Part shown: piece after piece, positions 16,296-23,389 of the stretch
How the letters are laid out: every line of letters begins with the position of its first letter
Numbering within the stretch: position 1 is the stretch's first letter
Source: Polyangiaceae bacterium
Lineage (GTDB): Bacteria; Myxococcota_A; Polyangia; Polyangiales; Polyangiaceae
Direction of reading: 5' to 3'
DNA: 43,221 nt
Assembly: GCA_035482215.1 (NCBI GenBank)
Contig: DATHQY010000448.1
Location: forward strand, 1 to 43,221
Notes under the pieces: generated by a model
Database searches by the model: none
Told to the model about the DNA's origin: nothing
The model's input: only the letters and a program-made list of their open reading frames with translations
Program-made: the position numbers and the translations under genes

Positions 16296-18302
16296 CTACG
16301 GCATCGCGTTGAGGTCGACCACGGTCATCTGATGGGCGCGGTATACGACATGGCGCATGCTCGCGAACTTTTCGATCGAATCCATCCCGTCGATGTGAAA
16401 AGGCGCCTCCCCGCTCAGGAAAAGATCGGCAGCCTTGAACTGGGCCCAGTGGGCCCGATTGTAAAGCTCGTTCGCCGTATCGAAGTTCGTCCACACGACG
16501 TAACGAATGCCGTTCGCTCTGAAGTAATCGAGCAACGCCTGCGCGCCCTTGAATGCGGGCCACCCGGGCTTCGGCCCCGTCCCGCCGAGGACATCGAGCG
16601 TGTAGATCCTGTTGCGCTTGAAGTCGAACCGCCAAGGTTCGTGTACTGCGCATGCGAACGTCGCGCCCGGATCGATGTGCGACTGGATCTCCGTGTACGC
16701 GGCGGTGCCCGCCGAAAACTCGCGCTCATCGCGGTCGCCGTTCGTAAATACATGATTCGCGACGTCGATCGCGCCGATATAGGCACCGCGCATTTCATCG
16801 TGAACGAGCGCAACGTGGAGCCCGACCGCGAGGGCCAAAAGCGCGGCGCGGATGTCGTGGGGCCCGAGTGACATCGCGATGATGAGCCCCGTTGCCGCGA
16901 CGTACGCGTTCATGTAGCGCGCGTGCGCAAACGAGTCGAAGGCCCCCGCTGCTCGCGCGAGCGACCAGATGCCGAGAAGCGACCCAACCGTGAGAAACAC
17001 GATGTCGTTGCGGGCGCGGCCTCGCATCGGGACGAAGCCCGCGAAGAGGAAGAGGAGGAAGAAGCAAATCGGCTTGTCGTAGGTCAGGTCCGAAAACCAG
17101 GCCTGGATCGCCTGTTTCATCGGCGCCGTCTTCAAGAACACCCACCCCGGCGTCATGTTGCCCTGCCAGATCGGGTAGAAGAACGTCCCGCACGATTGGT
17201 AGAGCATCCACGACCAGGGAAGCAGCGTCAGGGCGATCGCCGCCGAGAAAAGGCCCATCCGACTCACGAACGATAGAAGGGCTTGGCGAGTGAACGGTCG
17301 TCGCGTCCCCAGAAAGTAGTCCGACGCGAACACCAGGAGCAGAAACGGAAGAAGCGCCGGCCCGTTCGTCGGTCGGAGGATGATGGCTACGACGAGCAGA
17401 ACACCGAGCGCGAGGATGCGCCGCGGCTCGTAGGGCCATTGCGGGGCGTTGCCATCCGCCAAGGGGAACCGGAGCGTCCGGTACATCGTCAAGACAACGG
17501 GAATGCCCGTCGTCTCGCTCGCGATGTTCAGATGGACGCCGGTGAGGGTGAAGAACAGGCACATGGCGAAGCCGAGCGGAACGGCGTGCCAACCCTTGAT
17601 GCCATTTCGCGTCACGTGGCCGACGACGAGGCCGAACGCGAGGGCCAGGCCGATGCCCCCGTCGACCATCGGCAGACAATAGAAGGGCGCCAGCGACGCG
17701 AAGAGACCGTGCAGGTACGGCTGGCCGCCGAGCGTCGCGAAGCGCCGGGAATTGAATGGCTCGTACAGACTGCCGATATCGATCAGCTTTTTGGCGAATT
17801 CGAAATAGAGCGGCTGATCGTCGGACGGCTGGAACTCATGCTTTCCGGCGTAATGGACGAAGATGAGCGCGGCGACGGCATACGACAGGGCCAGCAGGAT
17901 GAGGACGCCGGAGTGCGCGATCCACGCGGCGAGCCGGCGCCGCGAGAGGGGCCGCGGCTTCTCGTTCGCCCAGAGCCAGATGAACGCACCGACGCCGACC
18001 GCCACTTGTGCGATCAACACGGGCCCCCTCGCGGCGTGTATGAGCGTCAGATAGCCGCCGACTAGCAGGACGAACGCCATGCCCCAGCCGGCGCGAAGAC
18101 CCCAATCGACTCGCCGCCCATTCGTGAGCCAGAGGTTCACGACGGAGCCCCAACCGACGAACGAGAGGAGCATGAGTAAGCTCCACACGAGCGTGATCCC
18201 GCTCGCGTGTGCACGCAGTGCTACGACGAGTGCGACGGCGACGACAGCGAACACCGAGCCGAGCGCCAGACGGACGGCCTTGTTCCCCGAGAGAGAGACC
18301 AT
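16296..18302 (-). CDS. Large polytopic membrane protein (~14 TM) with a C-terminal soluble domain; possible GT-C-like transferase or polymerase
   Basis: It has many hydrophobic segments. An acidic loop PSDDQPLYFEF follows TM5. A ~160-aa hydrophilic C-terminus follows. I preferred ATG 18302 over 18347 because the 15 extra codons use rare AGA/ATA/AAT codons. Confidence 0.6.
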   Translation of the reverse strand: MVSLSGNKAVRLALGSVFAVVAVALVVALRAHASGITLVWSLLMLLSFVGWGSVVNLWLTNGRRVDWGLRAGWGMAFVLLVGGYLTLIHAARGPVLIAQVAVGVGAFIWLWANEKPRPLSRRRLAAWIAHSGVLILLALSYAVAALIFVHYAGKHEFQPSDDQPLYFEFAKKLIDIGSLYEPFNSRRFATLGGQPYLHGLFASLAPFYCLPMVDGGIGLALAFGLVVGHVTRNGIKGWHAVPLGFAMCLFFTLTGVHLNIASETTGIPVVLTMYRTLRFPLADGNAPQWPYEPRRILALGVLLVVAIILRPTNGPALLPFLLLVFASDYFLGTRRPFTRQALLSFVSRMGLFSAAIALTLLPWSWMLYQSCGTFFYPIWQGNMTPGWVFLKTAPMKQAIQAWFSDLTYDKPICFFLLFLFAGFVPMRGRARNDIVFLTVGSLLGIWSLARAAGAFDSFAHARYMNAYVAATGLIIAMSLGPHDIRAALLALAVGLHVALVHDEMRGAYIGAIDVANHVFTNGDRDEREFSAGTAAYTEIQSHIDPGATFACAVHEPWRFDFKRNRIYTLDVLGGTGPKPGWPAFKGAQALLDYFRANGIRYVVWTNFDTANELYNRAHWAQFKAADLFLSGEAPFHIDGMDSIEKFASMRHVVYRAHQMTVVDLNAMP

Positions 18303-18304
18303 TA

Positions 18305-18353
18305 TCTTGCCCGCATTTCTCCACGCCCGACCGTGTCTTGCCCGCATTTCTCC
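18305..18353. promoter_or_regulatory. Perfect 18-bp direct repeat TCTTGCCCGCATTTCTCC x2 with 31-bp periodicity, in a divergent promoter region
   Basis: The copies at 18305-18322 and 18336-18353 lie between the membrane-protein gene (start 18302, minus) and the MTase-GT2 gene (start 18452, plus). Confidence 0.5.
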
Positions 18354-18451
18354 GCGCCGGCCCGCGCGCCGCTGTGTACCACATAGATCCTTGCGGGCAC
18401 CGCGCTCCGCATCGCTCGCGAACGCCGGGCGGTTTGATATCGTCCTCCGCG

Positions 18452-19912
18452 ATGTCCGTGACTGATCCGCGTCCTGAGACCGCCACTACGCTCGATTCTT
18501 CGGCCGGGGCGTCTTCGATGTCGCCCGAGTGGCGAGAATACTTCCTCGCGCTCCTCCACGGGGATCCGCGAGTGGCCGCCGCCAGGCGCTTCGTGCGAAC
18601 GAACATCTGCGGGGTGATGCGGCGTCTCGTCCCGCAGGACGCGCGCGTGCTCGAAGTGGGCGTCGGCGGCGGGCAGGTGCTCGCGGCTCTCCCGAATCAG
18701 GTGCGTCACGGCATTGATCTTCTGCCGGAAGCCATCGAAGCGTCGCGCCGGCTCGACCCCACGATGCGCGTCGATCGCGCCGACGTGCTGACGTTCAGCG
18801 CACCCGAGCGGTACGACGCAATCATCTGCGACCGGCTCCTCCATACGGTGCCGGACGTGCAACGGATGCTCGAGAATCTCGCCGCTCACATCGAAGAAGA
18901 CGGCAGGATCTACCTCACGTGCTTCAACTTCTTGTGGGGTCTCTTCCTCGGCAGCGCGGTGAAGCTCGGTGTCACCGAGAGCCGTCCGGCGGAGAACTGG
19001 TTCTCCGAAAGTGCGTTGGAAGACGTGTTCACCCTCGTGGGGCTCGAAGCGGTCCACTACGAAGATCACGTGCTCGTCCCGGCAGACGTCCCGTTGCTCA
19101 ACAAATTCGTAGCGCAGCTTCCCGGCGTCCGTTCCGGAGCGCTCTACCGCACGTACGTTCTCCGGCACCGCCGCGTTCACCGCGCGCCGAACCCCGGCGT
19201 TTCCGTCATCGTGCCCGCGCGAAACGAGTCGGAGAACGTGATCGCCGCCGTCGCGCGGACCCCGGTGATGGGCGCATGGACGGAGATTGTCTTCGTCGAA
19301 GGCGGGTCGACCGACGGTACGTGGGAGCAAATCCAGAAGACGATCGCGTCGTACCGAGGTCCGCTTCGCCTCTCGGCCTACAAGCAGACGGGCAAGGGGA
19401 AGGGAGACGCCGTGCGTCTCGGCTTCGACAAGGCCAAGGGGGACATCCTCATGATTCTCGACGCGGACCTGACGGTGCCGCCCGAGGATCTGCCGAAGTT
19501 CTACGACGCGATGGCCAGCGGACTGACGGACTACGTGCAGGGCACGCGGATGGTCTACCCGATGGAGGACGAAGCCATGCGCCTCCTCAACAAGTTCGGC
19601 AACGTCTTCTTCGCCAAGACGTTCACCTATCTGCTCGACCAGCGCATCAACGACACGCTCTGCGGGACGAAAGTCCTCTGGAAAAAGGACTACGAGCGCC
19701 TCGCCAGGCAGCGATCCTACTTCGGCGAGCTCGATCCGTTCGGCGACTTCGATCTGATCTTCGGCGCGCGACGGCTGCACCTAAAGCTGATGGAGATCCC
19801 GATTCGGTACCGGAGCCGCGTCTACGGCGAGACGAACATCTCGCGCTTCCGGGACGGCGCGCTGCTCCTCCGCATGACGGCGCTGGCCGCCCGCAAGATC
19901 AAGTTCGCCTAG
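18452..19912 (+). CDS. Fusion of an N-terminal SAM methyltransferase with a C-terminal family-2 glycosyltransferase
   Basis: The methyltransferase motif I is VLEVGVGGGQ, followed by YDAIICDRLLH. The GT2 part has VSVIVPARNE, EGGSTDGT and ILDADLTVP. ATG 18452 was chosen because the upstream part of the ORF is Arg/Pro-rich. Confidence 0.8.
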   Translation: MSVTDPRPETATTLDSSAGASSMSPEWREYFLALLHGDPRVAAARRFVRTNICGVMRRLVPQDARVLEVGVGGGQVLAALPNQVRHGIDLLPEAIEASRRLDPTMRVDRADVLTFSAPERYDAIICDRLLHTVPDVQRMLENLAAHIEEDGRIYLTCFNFLWGLFLGSAVKLGVTESRPAENWFSESALEDVFTLVGLEAVHYEDHVLVPADVPLLNKFVAQLPGVRSGALYRTYVLRHRRVHRAPNPGVSVIVPARNESENVIAAVARTPVMGAWTEIVFVEGGSTDGTWEQIQKTIASYRGPLRLSAYKQTGKGKGDAVRLGFDKAKGDILMILDADLTVPPEDLPKFYDAMASGLTDYVQGTRMVYPMEDEAMRLLNKFGNVFFAKTFTYLLDQRINDTLCGTKVLWKKDYERLARQRSYFGELDPFGDFDLIFGARRLHLKLMEIPIRYRSRVYGETNISRFRDGALLLRMTALAARKIKFA

Positions 19913-19926
19913 CGGGGTGTCGCTGT

Positions 19927-20817
19927 CTACGGCTCGGCGCCCTGGGTGATGGGGCGCGTCGTGTCGTTACCCCATTCGTTCCACGACCCGTCGTACACGG
20001 CGACGTCCGACCGGCCCAGGAGGCGAAGCGCTTCGAGGGGCACCGTGCACGAGATGCCGCCGTTGCAGTAGACGACGACTTCCGCCGGAAGCCGTTCCAC
20101 GTCGATCCCGGCGTCCGCGAAGGCGCGCCGCAAATCCGCGGGAGGCCGGAAGAGGCCCGTCGCTTGATCGATGAGCTGCGCATAAGGGATATTGCGTGCG
20201 CCCGGGATATGCCCGCTCCGCGCCGCAGCGCTGACCGTCCCCGCGTATTGCTCGGGAGCGCGCGCGTCGACCAGGAGTACATCGGTGCGGCCGAGGGCAT
20301 GCGCCACCTCGTCGGCCGTGCGGCGAAGCGCCGGTCGCGGGTGCGCCGTGAAATGTGCGGCCGCGGGTGTCACCGTGGCGTCCGTCGTCGGCCGGCCCTC
20401 GGCCTTCCAGCGGATGAAGCCTCCGTCGAGAATGCGAACCGCGTCGTGCCCGTAGTAACGGAGAGCCCACGCGAGCCGGCCCGCGAAGATGTGATCGTAG
20501 TCGTCGTAGGCCACGACGAGCGTCGCGTCCCCGACCCCGAGCGCCGCCATCGTTCGCGCGAAAGCGTCCGGAGGCGCGACCTGGACGGGCACGGGATCGT
20601 GAGGATCCACGATGTCGCGCGTCCAATCGACGAACAGCGCCCCAGGGATGTGCTCGCGGTCGAAGTCGTCCCGCTTGGGGGCGTACCGAGGCGTCGTCCC
20701 CGGCGGTCGAACGACCCCGCGAATGTCGATGACGCGAAGGCCCGGATCGCCGAGCTGGGCGGCGAGCCATTCCGTCGAAACGAGGATCTCGTGTCGGACT
20801 CCGCCGGCTCCGCCCAT
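19927..20817 (-). CDS. Thiosulfate/3-mercaptopyruvate sulfurtransferase (tandem rhodanese domains)
   Basis: It has LVSTEWLAAQL, EHIPGALF and the catalytic loop VVYCNGGISC, ending in DGSWNEWG. Confidence 0.8.
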   Translation of the reverse strand: MGGAGGVRHEILVSTEWLAAQLGDPGLRVIDIRGVVRPPGTTPRYAPKRDDFDREHIPGALFVDWTRDIVDPHDPVPVQVAPPDAFARTMAALGVGDATLVVAYDDYDHIFAGRLAWALRYYGHDAVRILDGGFIRWKAEGRPTTDATVTPAAAHFTAHPRPALRRTADEVAHALGRTDVLLVDARAPEQYAGTVSAAARSGHIPGARNIPYAQLIDQATGLFRPPADLRRAFADAGIDVERLPAEVVVYCNGGISCTVPLEALRLLGRSDVAVYDGSWNEWGNDTTRPITQGAEP

Positions 20818-20839
20818 GATGCCCCTCTCGCCTCTCCCG

Positions 20840-21280
20840 CTACGGAGCGTGCTTCTCCACCATCGCCCCGAGGCGCGGAACTGCGGACTCGACGTTCTTC
20901 TTGGCTCCACTGCGGAGCTTCTCGTACGTGCTCTTCACGAGTCCGCTCTTGGAGCGGTTGGCCTTTTCGTCCGTAATCGAGAGGAGGGCGTCCGCCACAC
21001 GCGTAGAATTCGCGTTGAAGTAGTCGCGAACGCCGCCGCCGCTCGTCTTCGCCTCCTGGTAGATCGGGTCGAGGGCGCCCGCGAACTCCGGGAGCAGGTC
21101 GACCACCACCTGCCTCACGAAGCCCGGTTTCACGCCCTGCACGGCCTTGTAGCCCGCCTTGATCACGAGCCCGGTGAGACCGCCTTTGTCGGCAACTTCC
21201 GCATCGATGAGCGCGCAACAGTCGTCGACTACCGCGATCTTCTGTGCATCCGAGGTAAGGACTTCAGCGAGGTTAGGCAT
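20840..21280 (-). CDS. Hypothetical cytoplasmic protein (146 aa)
   Basis: The codon bias is coding-like, with ATG at 21278-21280. It sits upstream of the rhodanese gene on the same strand. I recognised no motif. Confidence 0.5.
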   Translation of the reverse strand: MPNLAEVLTSDAQKIAVVDDCCALIDAEVADKGGLTGLVIKAGYKAVQGVKPGFVRQVVVDLLPEFAGALDPIYQEAKTSGGGVRDYFNANSTRVADALLSITDEKANRSKSGLVKSTYEKLRSGAKKNVESAVPRLGAMVEKHAP

Positions 21281-21394
21281 CGGCCGGCGACTCCCTTTTC
21301 CAGGGCAGCGCTTTAGCACAGCTCTCGGGGCGCGAGCGCCGGATCCCCAGAAAGTGTAACGACTTCTAGGGCTCCTGCTAGGCTTTCTCACGGG

Positions 21395-23386
21395 ATGGTG
21401 CGGCGCGGCGCATGGATTGCCGGGGGCTTTGCCGCCCTCGGAGCGATATGCCTTTGGGGCGCGCGCGGCGCTCGCGAGGGCACCGTCGTCGTCCCCACTC
21501 CTCTTCCGACGATGAGCCCGGCGGGCTCATCCAATGAGCCCAGTGAGCCCCGTAGTTCGGGCGTGTCCGGGCCGGACGACGGGGTGCAGCCGGCCGCGCA
21601 GGCGGGGCTCACCGGCACCGGGGCGGACGACGCACGGACCCATTCCTTTCGCATCCCGAGCGGGCAGCCGCCTTCGCTCGGGTGCGCGGCCGCTCGCGCC
21701 ATCGTCCTGCAAGCCCGCGAGCAGCTCGGATACTCGCCCGAGCCGGTCGACCCACGGACGCTCGCGGATGCCACGGCCGACTGGCTCGACCCGTACGGGC
21801 TCTGGAGCGTGGCTCCCGATGCACCGCTCGAAGCGCTCTTCGATCGGCGCGCGGCAAGCCTCATCGCGGACCTCGAAGCGAGGACCTCGGGCGACTGCAA
21901 AGCCGCGCACGGAATCGGCGTGGCCCTCGTCGGCTGGGTCGGCGAGCTCCGCTCCGCGTTCGATGCTGCGCGGGTGTCCGCGCCCGTCGCGGAAGATCCC
22001 CTCGCGACCGCATCGTCTGCCGCGTTCGAGGGGGCGACCGTCACGCGTCCAGCACGGGTTCTCGCGGCGACGCTCGGCCGTCGCGTCGGCGCATTCGAGC
22101 GAAGCATGGGCCCTGCGGGGACGGCCTACGGCGACGCGGCGCGATCGCGTTACTTTCCGCCGCTCGACGCCAACGGGTGGGCGGGCGTGGTCCTGGCCGC
22201 CGCCGTGCGCGCGTATGTGCCTGCGCTCGACCCGCACGGTGCCTGGGCGCCTCTCGACGAGGAGTCGAGCGTGTACGAGGTCGACCTCGAGGCGCACCCA
22301 CCGCAGCGCCTATGGGAGAAGGCCGAGCGAACGGCCATCGGCGTCAAGCTCGAGTCCGGCGCAGCGCCGCCGCTCGCCGACGGCGACGTCGTGCTCTCCC
22401 TCGCGGGAGTCCCCACCGCGGGTCTCAGCTACGAACAGATCGAGCAGCTCGGATACGCCGCGTCGGATACGCGCCCGGCCGCGCGTATCGAGCTCCTGCG
22501 CCACGGCGAAAAGGGCGTCGTCACGGCGTGGCTCGACGGTCCCGATTCGGACGCGGCGGGCCCCGGCGGATCGGGCGACGAGAGCGACGCCGATCTGCCG
22601 GTGGAGCGAATTGCCTACGGGGAAGGGGACGTCGTCGTCGTCGCGATTCACGACGTCCGGGACGACCTGGGCGACGAGCTGACGCGTGCGCTCTTGCACG
22701 AGCGCCAGCGCGAAGACGCGCGGCCGATCGCGGGAGTCGTCCTCGACTTGCGAGGCAACGGCGGCGGCTCGACGGATGGAGCCATCGACGCGCTGGGGCT
22801 CTTCATCCCCGGCGCGTCGCTCTTTCCGATGAAGCGACGAGACGGGTCGCTCGAGACGGATCGCGCGCCCGAGCCGCCGGGCGTGGATCGATGGCGCGGT
22901 CCGGTGGCCGCGCTCGTCGACGGGGATACGGCGAGCGCGGCGGAGATGATCGCGGGCGCGCTCGCCTCGTACCGGCGCGGTCCGTCGGTCGGCATGCGCA
23001 CGTTCGGCAAGGGCTGCGCGCAGGAGTATCTCGACGACGACGCGCACGCCGGGGTCCTCCGGTTGACGACGCTTCTCTACGCGCTCCCGGACGGGACGCC
23101 GGTGCAACGGGTCGGCCTGGCGCCGACGATTCGCGTTTCGTTCGGGGCCTTCGAGGCGAACGACCGCGAGGCCGCGCTGCCTCACGCGCCGCCGCTCTGG
23201 CGCGGACCGGACGTGCGCGATCGCCAGATCCTTGCGCACGCGGAGGACGGCACGTGGTCGGTGGCGTGGCCGGCACACGGCGGGAGCGTCGGTCCGTGCC
23301 ATGACCCCGACGTATGCCGGGCCCTTCGCGTCATGGGGGCGACCCCGGCGACCGCGCGCCGTACGGCGGCTCCGAAAGGGCGCTGA
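21395..23386 (+). CDS. S41 family peptidase (tail-specific protease-like) with an N-terminal signal/anchor
   Basis: It has LDLRGNGGGS, the catalytic region DGDTASAAEMIA and FGKGCAQ, plus a PDZ-like segment (DGDVVLSLAGV). Confidence 0.8.
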   Translation: MVRRGAWIAGGFAALGAICLWGARGAREGTVVVPTPLPTMSPAGSSNEPSEPRSSGVSGPDDGVQPAAQAGLTGTGADDARTHSFRIPSGQPPSLGCAAARAIVLQAREQLGYSPEPVDPRTLADATADWLDPYGLWSVAPDAPLEALFDRRAASLIADLEARTSGDCKAAHGIGVALVGWVGELRSAFDAARVSAPVAEDPLATASSAAFEGATVTRPARVLAATLGRRVGAFERSMGPAGTAYGDAARSRYFPPLDANGWAGVVLAAAVRAYVPALDPHGAWAPLDEESSVYEVDLEAHPPQRLWEKAERTAIGVKLESGAAPPLADGDVVLSLAGVPTAGLSYEQIEQLGYAASDTRPAARIELLRHGEKGVVTAWLDGPDSDAAGPGGSGDESDADLPVERIAYGEGDVVVVAIHDVRDDLGDELTRALLHERQREDARPIAGVVLDLRGNGGGSTDGAIDALGLFIPGASLFPMKRRDGSLETDRAPEPPGVDRWRGPVAALVDGDTASAAEMIAGALASYRRGPSVGMRTFGKGCAQEYLDDDAHAGVLRLTTLLYALPDGTPVQRVGLAPTIRVSFGAFEANDREAALPHAPPLWRGPDVRDRQILAHAEDGTWSVAWPAHGGSVGPCHDPDVCRALRVMGATPATARRTAAPKGR

Positions 23387-23389
23387 TCG

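Noticed and set aside
18303-18347. Upstream ATG 18347 as the start of the 14-TM membrane protein
   Set aside because: The 15 additional codons contain AGA (twice), ATA, AAT, GCA and GGT, which are atypical for this genome's GC3 bias. The ATG itself is part of the duplicated 18-bp element. I kept it as an alternative in the direct-repeat finding.
7142-19912. tRNA-Lys-linked genomic island or integrative element
   Set aside because: I could find no integrase, excisionase, transposase or duplicated tRNA 3' end by eye, and glycan genes lie on both sides of the tRNA. Only the qualitative GC difference is retained, as a low-interest finding.
19927-20817. Rhodanese as the sulfur donor for the nearby arylsulfotransferase-like protein
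   Set aside because: Rhodaneses transfer sulfane sulfur (persulfide chemistry), not sulfate or sulfuryl groups. The gene is in a separate, convergently oriented unit. Adjacency alone does not support a link.
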